DNA of 64,000 nt from the NCBI GenBank assembly GCA_001662655.1, contig KV460238.1, one strand, 5' to 3'. The notes beneath the pieces were generated by a model. It saw only the letters and a program-made list of their open reading frames with translations. It ran no database searches and was not told the origin of the DNA. This document shows positions 50,401 to 62,552 of this stretch, one piece after another; positions within the stretch are counted from its first letter, which is position 1, and every line of letters begins with the position of its first letter. Source of the stretch: Pseudogymnoascus verrucosus. Taxonomy: Eukaryota. The position numbers and the translations under genes were made by a program.

Positions 50401-51628
50401 CGATGCGAGTTCCTGCACAATAGATGCGTCTCCTAAGTGCAGCGATTACTGCCCACCAGAATCGATGTTCATCCATGCTTCTGTTGTTAACTTCTTCACG
50501 GCCTACAAGAACTTCTACCAAGGCATAACTCAACATACCTTGGTTACACTCGCCGCCACTGTGACTGATATCTCTAATACCTTTGCACCTATCGACACCT
50601 CGGTACAGACACTATTTTCCATATTAGGGGGTGTACTAGGAACGATGTCCTCCGTAGGGTGGCTTGTTGGCGCTGGATATAACAGTGCCAACGCAGGAGG
50701 AGCTGCAATCTCTGTTATTAGCGGCTTGATATCTAACACTCAACTTAACGGTGCCGATCAAACTGACGTAAAGGCAGAGCTGTCAACAAGTCAGTAACCT
50801 CCTCCCCCCGCACCTTCTTGCTTATTTTATGTGCCGAGACCGTCTTTTGCAGGGAATTACTGACTCTCGTTTTATCATCATAGTCCTTGGAAGCACCTTA
50901 GAGAAGGTCTTTGGTAAGATAAACGAGACCGTCTCTAACATCGTCAATCCTGGAGAGGGCAAAAAAAACAACACATTAATCGAGAGCGTGTTTGCAAACG
51001 GCGCGTTTCTCAATAATAAGGCTATATCTTTTTCTGTCAACGCGATGATCGAAGTCTACAATAATACCATGGTGTGTATTACCTCACGAGAAGCCCTCAA
51101 AAAGGGACTACCTACTAATGCCCATCATTAGAACCAATACCTCGTTGTCACTGCCATGAAATCATGGTCAACTGAAGGTACATATGGGCGAGGATACGCC
51201 ATTTTGAGTAACGATGGTGACACGCACGGCTACGGCGACGAAGCGAGCTGTATTGCTATTGGGAACGAAGCCATGATTTGGTATAAAAACGTGCGAAGCC
51301 TAGCCCCTTCTGCCACCTCTGTCCTTCTCGCTAACACTGGGTGCCTAAACAGTCTTGCGTTGGGTTTGGCACATATGCGAATCTCCTACCCGGTAATACA
51401 GCGGTTACATATACAGACTTCCTAGACAGCGGTATGATTACCGAGCTGAAAAAATACGTCCCAGACCTTCGGCTCGCTATTATCAACAGCTGGGAATGTT
51501 ACGTGGACCCGAGTAAAAAGGATCCCGAAACTGAACCCGGTACATTTGACTTCACTAATTTGGGCAGTTATCCACCTTGTTTCTTCGATCTTGGAGGTAA
51601 ATACATCCATCCAACGAACTTCGGTTGA
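47462..51628 (+). CDS. Secreted multi-domain protein: SGNH/GDSL esterase + fibronectin-III repeats + Cys-containing helical C-terminal domain
   Basis: Signal peptide MGPLLHLTAVWLGIISI; 'MIVGDSISQG..WTWRYRLWEW', 'LLGFND', 'DGLHPN' (SGNH blocks); FN3-like 'QVSWNAVEGA..Y', 'VAVQAWNSVGGG'. About a dozen short introns; exact exon boundaries partly inferred. Confidence 0.75.
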
Positions 51629-51769
51629 CGTGGATTTGTATGTTCCTAAATTCCGAGATACTTTATTTTCTATCAGAACAATTTCTATTGCCGTTTATAT
51701 TAGTTTACTAGAGCTTCTTCGCTGGTTCTCTTATTTAAGACAGTGTACTTCGCGCAGATAGATATTCAT

Positions 51770-53298
51770 TTATACTTTTGAAAGCCTCCCTTTACCTATA
51801 TATCCGCCGTCGCTCCCCGCGTTGTCGTCTTCAAAGAGGTTCCGGAAGGCCACTTCGACTTCGTCCGTCAAGTCGCTAGCCTGAAGGCTGCGGCCGCGTT
51901 TAGCGAAGGCGAGGCGGGAGCTCTCCTGAAATATGTCAGTTCATGCCCGTGCCTTCTTCACACACAGCCAGAGAGCACGCAACCGCCGCAACGCTTCACC
52001 AAGAAAAGGTAACAGAGCAACTCACCCTCGTAACACAGCTCCCCCCAAACGCCGCCAGCTGCAAAAGCTCCCACTTATCCAACTCCCCGTCATGCTCCCA
52101 CAGTTTATCTAAATACGCCTTCCGCCACCCTAAAAACGTCGCAATACTCCCCGTCAACGTATCCCCCTGCCCACCACTCCTCTTCAACCCCCCCCTCAAG
52201 TCCCCAACAACAGTCCTCTCCCCATCACTAATCCAATCCCTTGCCCCTTTCCTCAGCACCGTCACTCCGCCCAACTTCTCCGCCAGCGCCGCCGCCCCTT
52301 CGCCCTCCCCTTTGAAGCTGCCCGGGTCGATCCCCTGCGCTTTGCAGAGGCGCGCGAACTCGACGACATTGGGCGTGAGTATGCACTCGCGATACCCGTG
52401 CACGAGCTCCGGTCGGTTCTGCGCTAGTAGAAGCCCATCCGCGTCAAGCACAAGCGGGAGTCCGGATTTCCGCGCCTCGCTGATGACGGAGGCGCAGACA
52501 TCTTGCATGAGCTTGTCGCGGCCCAACCCGGGGCCGATAACGAGGACGTGGAAGCGGGGGAGGAGATCGATGATTGATTTTGAGAGGGAGGAGGATGTTT
52601 CGCTGGTGGTGGCGTGGCGGGAGGAGCGGAGGAGGGGGTGCACCATTAGGTTTGGGGAGTAAGTTTTTATTACCTGCGCGGCTTGGGGCTCGCAGATGAC
52701 GTGGGACTAGAGGAGAGTTAGCTTTGTGGTTTATTGAGAGGGAGAGAGGGCAAACCATGTCGGCACCGAGGCGGGCGCTGGCCATAGCGGAGAAGTAGGG
52801 CGCGCCGGTGTAATCCTCACTGCCGCCTATGACGGCAATCCTACCCATCTGTCCTGCCTTGTGTCAGCTTGGTCCTGGCCTCCATCTTTCCATCTTTCCC
52901 TCCCTTATTAAACCGTAACATCCAGACACACCTTTATGGAATTTCTCCAGCATCGGCGGGACCATCTTCCGCGCTTTGCGCAACAATTCTAGAGTAGCCT
53001 GCGACATCTTCGGGTCGCTCGACATGCTACCCGCTGCGTCCGATTCTTTCTCCCCCTTCCCTGCTGCTGCTACTCCCTTTGGCGGAATGTCGAAGCCGGA
53101 GGCGGGGACGAGGGGGATGTGGCGTTTGTTCAGTGGGGGGTAGGCGACGGGTCTTGGCGCGGAGCCGGTGGGAAGGATGATATGGTGGGGTCCGTAGTGT
53201 GTTAGTGGACTGGAGGTTTGGGATGGGAGGGTGTAAGGGTGATTACTGGTTGTTGTCGGAGTTGTTTTTGGGGGTGGGATTGTCCGTGGGCTGCGCAT
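51770..53298 (-). CDS. NNR2: ATP-dependent NAD(P)HX dehydratase (YjeF C-terminal / CARKD)
   Basis: '[23 protein letters not shown]', 'IGPGLGRD', 'VLDADGL', 'ILTPNVVEF', '[12 protein letters not shown]'; 3 introns. Start at 53298 or 53025. Confidence 0.9.
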
Positions 53299-53609
53299 AT
53301 AGACTTGGTGGATTGGGCATTGCTACGGCTATATTGAGGTTGTGGAGTAGTGAGGGGCTGTAGTTCAGGGATTCATATGTGGTGATATGATGTCACTACG
53401 GCGGGTAAGCTATATTTTGACATCACACTAACAACAACTCTAATTGGAGCTTGTCAAATATTTTTTATTAATATGCGAGTTTTTTTATTTATATTAAACT
53501 GAAGGCTCAAGTCAGAATATGTCGTAATAATAATTATATTTATTTGTATGGTTCGTATCTATTCCTAATTCGTAAAGCTAACCAAGCAAACGCCTGTCGT
53601 CAAATTTCG

Positions 53610-56600
53610 TTAAGAGCCGGAAGCAACCCCGCTCTTGAAGTCGTCCATATTGCTTGCCTCCCAACCATGCGCTCTACATGCTCTCAAGTATGCTTCAATA
53701 GCTTCCCCAACCCCATAATCCCCACGCCCTCCCTTAGTAAGCCTCGCTGGTTTCGGATCCGTGCTTGAGATTGCCATGCGTACTTGTAACAAGACGCTCT
53801 CGATCGAAGAAACTGCCGACCATCCCGAGTTTGTGAGCAGTTCCATGCACAACGCCCCTCCGGCCGTCACATGTCCACCACCACCAGCCATGAAAGGCAA
53901 GAAGCGTGGGCGGATTACACGTACGAACGGGGGCGACATCGGATAGTTCTTTCCAAATCGCATCTCCAAGACTATCGAGGATATGCCTGCATCTTTCATC
54001 TCCTTGGCGAGAGGTAGTTTCGGGTCGAAGGAGTGCAGTTCAACGATCCATTGATACATATTATCAATGGAATCCCCATCGATATACCAGCCGAGCTCGT
54101 GGAGTGGTGTTGCGGATTGGACTTTGAGAAGAACTTGAAGATCGCGCGCTAGCATGTTGGTTGCAGCCGAGGTAGCGTAGGAAGGAGACCCAAGGAGGGT
54201 GATTGTCGACCTGTCGAGAGATCCCGGAATGAAGTCGGTTTGGGGGCCGCCATTCGCCTTGACTTTGGAATGGCTCTCTTCGTCATCTATTAAGAAATTG
54301 ATATCCTCAAGATCCGAATCATCAGTAAGATCCGAATCGTCATCAGCCCGATTCTTGAAAAAGATGTTAGTCAAAGACCGATGCTTTTGTTTCTTCTTTC
54401 GGTTCCCAGGAGGGTCGGGCTTCTTGGCCCAGATTCCTCCATTCTCAATCGAGAATGTTCGCGAAGGGGGAAAGGCGCTTCTTGGAATCCCAAGCACTTC
54501 TCCATTGACTCCAGTGACCTTTCTTGCGGGATCTTGCTTGATGTATTGAATTGCCTTAGAATCAATGGGCAGATGTGGCATATTGCCTTTGACAGCAGCT
54601 CCTGGCACGTCGCCGCACAGCACAAAGAGATATCTGCACTGGATCCAATCGACGTGTTGTACGACCAGATGGGGATTATTGCTAGTAAACTCTAGGGGGG
54701 CGTTGACTATCTCGTTCAGGCATATAGCTTGGGAGATCTTGAGATTGGAACCAGACCAGTATCTCAATCCGGCATCCTGTTTCTGTTAGCAGTCGAATTC
54801 TGATAGTAGTAGTAGTACAGTAACTTACACAAGGAAAGACACCACTACGAGAGTTGCAATACCCCAAGCTTGTCTGAAAGTGTTGGGAATGGTAGCAACC
54901 ATTCCCAAATGCCCTCCCGTTAGCGATCTGGTTGAAGTCCAGTCCACTTCGAATTATACTGTGCCAGTTGTGGACAGCACTTCCGTGCCACGCAAATAGC
55001 GTCGGGAATTCCTCGCTGATGCTGCCCTTCTTAAGTGACAGGGCTTTATGGAATTTCTGCTCTTTGTCTGGGGCACCCTGAGCAAAGCGGAACTGAACCC
55101 ATCCCTCCAGATTTGTAACCCTTTGTCCCAAGCGAGAGGCATTATTGGACAGGGCATCTGCCTCTGGCTGACCGGGATATCTGTCAACCTGCACGATGCA
55201 TGACAGGTTTGATGCAACAATCCAGCGAAGTAACCCCAGAGCAGCTGGACACATTCTATCGGTCCACTTACGGAAGCTAGGTTCTCCAGAGGCCTTCGTT
55301 GCCTGAAGATATGCTTTCATATCGTCGATAGAAGGCATATTCCTCAACAGTGATAAGATCGTTGCATCTTTTTGTAAAGCAGTGAGCTCGTCAAATTTCA
55401 CCTTAAAGGCCGCCAGCTTTACGCGGATACGGTCTTTGGGTGAGGCGGTTGTACTCTTTCGGAAAGGCACGCCCCCAAGACCGTTTTCTTGGATTACCTG
55501 AGGCATAACTATTCCTCCGGAGCTTGCGTTGTCATATTCCAAGCCGGGATTGATAAGGTGCATGTGAGGGTGCATATATGAAGCAACTCTGAAATGGAAG
55601 ACATTTCTTCCTGGCTCCTGAGTTGCATCCTGGGTTGTAATTTCTACCCAGTCGCCCACCACTACATCGCAGGGATCTTCGGCATCCATAACGACTTCTT
55701 TCTTTCCCAAAATAAAATCCACGACATGGATTCCTGGGATTTTGCTTTCACCACTGGGAGGATCTTTCGGGGGTGATGTTGATGGTGCTCCCGCAGTGAA
55801 TTGCACAATGGCATTCGGAACTGGTTGTGCCACAACCAATCCCATCCCCGTAGGGTACTTGCGCATACTTCGAGCATGGGCACTGGCGTAGGCAAAACTG
55901 ACGAGGAGATCGACGACATATGGCTGGGTTGCCACAGAATGCTCAATCGATGGGCCAAATCCCAATGCCATATATTGGTATAGACAGAGTGGGTTAGAGC
56001 AGACGTAAGGCTTCAGAGCCTCAAAGCTGTCCTCGGTTTTAGAGTGACACACCAAACAGAATTCGGTGCATCGAATGAGATATCGCAGGGAAAACTGCAT
56101 CGCGATGAGGGGAAGCGAGTAGTTTTCGTCTTCCGAGTCTTCAAGATGGTCGATGGAGGCAATGGGCGGAAGATCTTCCTTGGTAATATCTTCGTCGGCG
56201 GTTGAATGGTCAACTAGCTGCCTTGAAGACATGGTTGCCCTTGATTGGTACATGTTGTAGGCACGTTTTGCCCCTTCCCATCCAAGACCATCGTTTTTTC
56301 GGATTTTAAGTAGGCTTAGAAAACGGTCGTTTAGTAGTTGATTCATCGGACTTGATATGAACAGGGCGTGGAACTTGCGATCAGCAGTCTCCTCTGGATT
56401 CTCGTCAAGCTCTGTTGTGTTTGAGAGGATATCTGAGGCTTGAAGCCTAGAGGTTGAAAACGCAGCCACAGCGTCGGATAAGCAGGGTTTATAATGATTG
56501 CTGACTCCGATTCGAAACTCAATCTGAAGCTGACGGACGGCGACGTCCATGACTTTCTGGAACGTCACATATGGCCCTGCATAGTGAATGAGCAGAACGA

Positions 56601-57493
56601 TGTACTGATGTGGCTGTAAATCCCAAGCCTCAATGGCCTGCTCTGAGAGTCCAAGATGTGCAACTTTAATGGACATGCTCAGAATGCTGTCTGTAGAGTC
56701 AGCTCTCATCCCAGCCAAAATTCCAATCCTGAATCCCGCCAATTTCGCACGTGTTACGTCTTGTCTTATTCTCCCCTGAATAGCTCTTAGTATTGACGGA
56801 TCCAATGTGACCTTGCTGGATGACATGAACATATCACTAAATGGGGAGCCTGGAGACCAGTCGTTATCATCATCCTCATCCTCGTCCCCGTCCTCGTCAT
56901 CTCCGGCATCTTCTTGGCCGCCATAGCCGTGGTGAGTGGCATGGTCATCCTGGAACGAACCACCCATAATAACATCGTCATCGTCCACATATAGCGGATC
57001 TTCTTCTGAGCCGGTTGCTAAAGAGCGTAGAGTTGCCGCAGTCTTTTCCAGAAGACCTTGAACTGTGAGGCCGAGGAAAGAACCCTGGATGCTCTGAAGC
57101 TCCCTTTCAAAAGCTGGTGGGGCTGAGACGGACTCGACACCAAGAAAATAGGTATTGCCTTTTGGATATGCAGAGGTATCTACCATTAAATTAGTATGTG
57201 CATTTTAATCAGTTTGCAAAAAAATGGCAGTGAACAGGAGCCATCAGTGGGAGCAGCGGTTGCCACGTCAAGGTGATAATTGGAACCTGTGAATAGATCC
57301 GGGAAGAAGTGAAGTTACACCAAAATTTGAACTTACCGGTTGCGAGGGCCTTGATCAGCACTGAATCACCTGATACTGTTGTGAAAACGAAGGTGAAGTC
57401 TTCTCCTTCATCTCCGATTTGTACACCTTCAATATCGCCAAAAGTGGAGTTTCTCGCCGTGGCAACATCTGCGATAAAGGCCTTTCGAGTCAT
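53610..57493 (-). CDS. PARP-like catalytic domain fused to a C-terminal UBE2Q-type ubiquitin-conjugating domain
   Basis: PARP signature 'LFAWHGSAVHNWHSIIRSGL..GRAFGNGCY'; UBC 'YPMSPPFVRVIRPRF..GGHVTAGGALCMELLTNSGWS'. Two introns inferred (after 'ALAT' at ~57337 and at ~54840-54770). Confidence 0.85.
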
Positions 57494-58284
57494 GTTGTTT
57501 GTTTTGAGATTGGTGAGCCGATTTGGTTTCCGATCTGCCAAAGACGAAGATCATTTATAACCACCTGAGGAGTGGGAATTGTAGATGCAGAATTGTAGAT
57601 GCACAATCTCTCCGAGTGAGGCTGAGGCTGAATGCTACAGTGTACTGGTCAGTTCGAAGCGAGCCAAACCATTATTCACTTGGTCTTTGTCCATAAAGTA
57701 ATGGTCAAGAGTGTCCGTTGATGTGCCCATATGAATCAAGAGTCAGCGAGAAGTTGGCAAGCGTCTTCACTAAGGGACATCAGTCGATGCCTAATGTGCT
57801 AGAAAAGTCGGGAGGGTTGTGGTCTGAGGATAACAAGCTGCACCCTTACGCCGGAGGAGGAAACACAGGAAGACCGAATTGAAAGGAAATATGGACACAA
57901 TAAGATGTTTTATTGAAGCGATTTACGTATATATCATCAAGATTTCTGGAAAACCCACCCTCAGCTAGGCAGTCGTCGCATTATACCAGGGCGCTGTCTC
58001 AAAAGGGGAGCCTCATCAGGTACAGCGCGGGGGCCTGGCACGCAGCCAATAGGGACGACAGATGCCAAGTTCCAACAGTTCCAACAACCCCACGGAACAA
58101 ATCAAGTGGTGGGGCAAAAGAGCTTACTGGGGTACTCGAGTACAGTACGGATCCCCGTAAGAGCAGCTTAAGTCAACGACTTTGGTCTTTTGCCACCATC
58201 TGCCTGACTGCGTAGAATACTCCAATTGAATGCGCTTCGGATTGTAGAACATTTTGCACTCTTTCTTATATTCTATGGTCCAGC

Positions 58285-59409
58285 ATGGCCTGGGACTCTG
58301 AGTCTGCCCGGCGGCGGCAGAGTAACATTGCATCTCCGCAACGTGTTGAAAGCCCAGCACAATCGCTGGCCACCGAGACCTACACGCCTAAATCCACCCA
58401 CGTAGCAGATCCGACCTTGAATCCGTTTCTTGCGCCTTCATTCAATGCGGCAGACTATTTGAATGCGACCCTCCCTCCATTGAAAGCTCGAACATCGACC
58501 CAGCGTGTCTCCAAAGAGGTTCCGCTTGCCGACCTGTCTACACAGACACAAACGCTGCTGTCACAACTAAGCGCACATACAACGAGACTTACGAATACTT
58601 TGACACAACTCACAGACGAGATAATACGAAGTGGGAGTAGACTGGCATATGAAGTGGAAGTGCTGCGCGGCGAGACGGTTGGATTGTCGGAATCATTGAC
58701 GGAAGGTCTCCATGAGGACATTTCAAAGTTTGTTCCTGGTGGTATCGACAGCAGCCCAGGAAGGAAATCTTCGGGAACAGGTGGACCGACCCGAAGGAAG
58801 TCATCTACATCGCTAGATGCAAAGGCACCTACGAATACTACACAGGCTGCGGCCAATGGCGACCCTCCATATATCCAGCAGTTGCGCACTCTGACATTAG
58901 TGAGGGGCCGACTGGATACAGTTATTAAAACCTTTGGCGATGCCATGTCTTGGACGTTTCCCCCGTCGGAAGTTTCAGTCAGCTCAGGCTTTCTATCAGT
59001 CTCAGCGGCCGAGCCAGGATCGGAGGCACAAAGCATCGAGGAGAAGGGCCAGCAGGTTTCCAAAAAGCTTCGTGACGAGATTGCCGATATCCTCATTCGC
59101 AGTGATGACCCCGTGGACAACATTGAAGCGGCTGCCAAGAGAGTAGAGGAGCTCAAGGAGCTCAGTGCGGTGTGGAAGGGCACGGCAGAGGAGAAGGCAA
59201 GGGTTCGATTTGTGGAGTCCCTGGCAAAGATGGTCGAAGATAGACATCGTAGCCTTCTCCGGGAACAACAAGAGCAAGAGAAGGGGGCTAGAAACAAACC
59301 TGAGGTGAAAGCGACAGGCACCATTCCGACTGTCAGCGCGACGGATTCGAAGTCTACAAGCAGTTATGGCTTTATTAGCCAGCTTCAAAAAATGCGCGGT
59401 GGTATTTAA
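58285..59409 (+). CDS. Conserved helical protein, possibly COG7-like tethering subunit
   Basis: 374-aa intronless ORF; N-terminal 'FLAPSFNAADYLN' and coiled-coil 'LTQLTDEIIRSGSRLAYEVEVLR' resemble CATCHR-family N-termini. Confidence 0.5.
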   Translation: MAWDSESARRRQSNIASPQRVESPAQSLATETYTPKSTHVADPTLNPFLAPSFNAADYLNATLPPLKARTSTQRVSKEVPLADLSTQTQTLLSQLSAHTTRLTNTLTQLTDEIIRSGSRLAYEVEVLRGETVGLSESLTEGLHEDISKFVPGGIDSSPGRKSSGTGGPTRRKSSTSLDAKAPTNTTQAAANGDPPYIQQLRTLTLVRGRLDTVIKTFGDAMSWTFPPSEVSVSSGFLSVSAAEPGSEAQSIEEKGQQVSKKLRDEIADILIRSDDPVDNIEAAAKRVEELKELSAVWKGTAEEKARVRFVESLAKMVEDRHRSLLREQQEQEKGARNKPEVKATGTIPTVSATDSKSTSSYGFISQLQKMRGGI

Positions 59410-59778
59410 ACGATATCAAATGAATAGAATATTTACAACAAAATATGGTGTGAAGCCAAGCAATCGCTGGCCTTACTGGTGATGGATTGCAACGTGGCTC
59501 AGCCCATGTCCCCAGAGTTTTCTCCCATCCAGCCCTGCCCATTGTGCCGATTTTATGTTTATCACTTACATTTTAGGAAAAGTAAGGTGATCGTCTCTAT
59601 TATTGTGGTTCTTGTGCGCGGAATCCGCCTTTTCGACCTTTATCGTGATTATCATCCGTTCCTTTTCTGGGGCTCATTGCGTCACCCCACACACACATGG
59701 CTATTCTGATAAGGTCAAACACCATGACATGCCACGCCACTTCCTTCCACCACTCTAAAATATCATTGTCGGGTCGTG

Positions 59779-61680
59779 ATGCATGGCAGCTATTTGGGCA
59801 ACTCAGCAATGGAGGATGATTCGGATATAGTTCCCGGTGGAGGCAGCAGTAGACCTGCATCCTCCCCTATCGTACTTGCTGGAATGTGTATTAGTGGTCT
59901 TTGCCGGCCAGGTCGTCTTCGCGGTCGTCTGGCCATTGCACTTCTTATAAGTATGTTGCTGGCTACTGCATACATGGTGAGAGGTAATACGGTATGTGAA
60001 GTCCTAAACCATAGGGCAGTTGGTTATTTATTTATGGAGATGTCAAAACCTGATCTTATATTCAAAGGACCACATTAAAAACTATGTTTCGTCGTCCCTT
60101 TCCTCGGGCAACTCAAAATCGAAACCAGAGGAATCAAAATGGGGAATCGGCGGTAACAACAGCTCCTCGAACGGCTCTATCGACGGAAACAAATTTGTTC
60201 TCATAATCCCAGTGCGACGCCCCAGCGTCGCCCTCTGCAAGACTCTAGTATCTGCAGCCATATTGAACTACCCTCCGCCTACTCTCATTGGCTATGGCAA
60301 TGATAATGGAAACGAAGCAGATGGCGGGGCCACTACGAACACACTGAATTTCTTATTGAGCAGACAAATACAGGACGGCGACCTGGCGTTGGTTGTGGAT
60401 GAGAGGACATGGTTTCAATTGCCTGGACAAGTCATGGTTGATCGCTTCGACTCGCATCTGCAAAGGTCGAATGCTCAGCTGCTTGCAAAGTATGGTGCAG
60501 GGAAGTTCAAGGAGAGAATTTTATTTGGGGCTGAGAAATCATGCATTGATCATAAGTCGGAAGACACAGCATGCTATGCCTCGCCGTTATCGCCAATACC
60601 GAAAGACGTATACGGACCCAGCACGGACGTACCACCCGCTTCAAACTACCGGCCACGATATTTATATTCGCCAAACATGATGGGGCGAGCTGGAGATTTG
60701 AGAGATATGTTGCAGTACGCGCAACTGAAACTAGACACCAGAACCTCGAAAGAAAGCACGCAATACCTCTATTCCGAGATATTTGGAGACCAAGAATTAA
60801 AACGAGAAAAGGTCCGAAGGGATTCCCTCGGCCCTATATCCGCTTTCAAAGAGTGGCTCATACGCAACAATCCCAAAAATGACCCTCAAACGCTTCTCGG
60901 TATCGAGAAGCTCGACCTGACGAACACCGGGTCTGCGAACAATAATAACCCCGACTTCGGCATTGGCCTAGACTATTCGAGCTCGATATTCCAGGTTCTC
61001 GATAATAGTGTCGATGACATACAATTTGTCACATTCAACCACCCCACCATAGTCAACTCCCCGTCGCGAATCTCCGCCTCCAAGTTCAGCCAGCCAATCT
61101 ACCTACCACAAGACTTGAACTCGACTGCCCCGCCCTTCAAACTCCACAGCACACCAGTTCAAGGCCCAGTATCCGATCTCCCACTTCTAGAGGTCGACAA
61201 GCTGCCCGTCAATAAACCATGGGCGGATGTGGCGCTGGCGACGAATATCATTGTCCCCGGAACGGAAATCCCAAGTAGTATGAGCCTCTTCGGGGCAGGA
61301 ACCCCGGGGCTGGAGGATAAGTGGTGGAAGAAGATGTGGTACCAGCCCAAGGCGAGAGCGTTGATGAGACGGTATATGCGGAGCTATACTGGGCATATTG
61401 CTGCGGAGGCGGCGGCGAGGGGAGGTGAGTATTGGTGGGATTTCAGGGGAGGGAAGGGAGGGATATGGACTGATAAAGGTATGACATCCTTCCACCAGGG
61501 AGTCTGTGATAATGGCTAACTTGAAGCTTAGGCGAGTTCCTGGAGTGGCAGGAGGTTTGTGGGCAATATGATGAGGCTGTTTTTGGGGATAAGATGGGGA
61601 AACTGGGGGAGGAAGATAAGGTGGCCCAGCCGGTATACAATAAGTTTGGGAAGATTATTGCGGATAAATCTCCGCAGTAG
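59779..61680 (+). CDS. Type II membrane glycosyltransferase-like protein (PLOD-GT-like)
   Basis: TM 'LAIALLISMLLATAYMV'; introns 59992-60067 and 61479-61531; motifs 'LCKTLVSAAILNYPPP', 'ILFGAEKSC', 'FGIGLDYSSSIFQ'. Start codon uncertain (59779 or 59809). Confidence 0.6.
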
Positions 61681-62552
61681 TCGGTGTGTTTTGAATTTTA
61701 TAGATGGTGCATCTGGGAATGGTGTTATAGGGGCTGGCATTTTTAGAATGGGAGGTTTGGAAAACTATCTGACGGCGCCCGGAGATTTATAATATGCTGG
61801 AATATCATTAGATATTGAATAGACACACTATCAAAGTCTTAGAACAGGACGTTTGTTGTCTGAAAGTTGGACTGGGGGGGTTTCTATTATAAATGGTGCA
61901 GCCTCGCGTGTACTGTTAGTTCTCACATGCAAGATATATCAATGGCAAGACAATAGCTGTCATTGATGCCAAGAGATGATTCAGATAATATTCACCACAT
62001 ATTTACTATTTAATTCAATAGAAGCACAATCCTACCGCTATGTACACGATTGTCTGTGGTCTTTTATCATTGTCCCTTTTTAAGGCTTCAGCCTCGCGTT
62101 GCCTTGTAATACACGCCAGCCTCGCCTGCACGGCTGCGACAAGCAGTATTTCCAACCTTTTCATTGGCTCAAACCAAAAATTCCCAGACGACGCTAAATC
62201 CACCTGGTGAAGCGCACCAGGGCCATGGTCATCAGGACTGAATCTTAGCAGCAGACGGTTCAAACGCTGGTAATGGGAATATTTTAACACAACAAAGGCC
62301 AGGAGTGACAATAGCTCGCCACGGATCGGATCTTCTATTTGTTCCATTAAACATATATTTACCTCAACTTAGTTACCGTCGCCAGGTTTTCTGCATCGAC
62401 AATCACTGCACCGACCGTGAAGCTCTGTCAACACGATCCTGCTTCAAAACCAATTCTCACACTTTAACAACACCACCACACTCTCACAGGCATTCTTAAA
62501 TACCTGCTGACTCGTTATACGTCAAGCAATTGGACACACAAAATATCGCGAG

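Noticed and set aside
58455..59324. 289-aa antisense ORF (and similar antisense ORFs over SEC18, the histidine kinase and NNR2)
   Set aside because: Shadows of real genes on the opposite strand.
524..59409. COG8, SEC18 and a COG7-like gene in one window as a trafficking cluster
   Set aside because: They are separated by many unrelated genes, the COG7 call is weak, and chance is sufficient.
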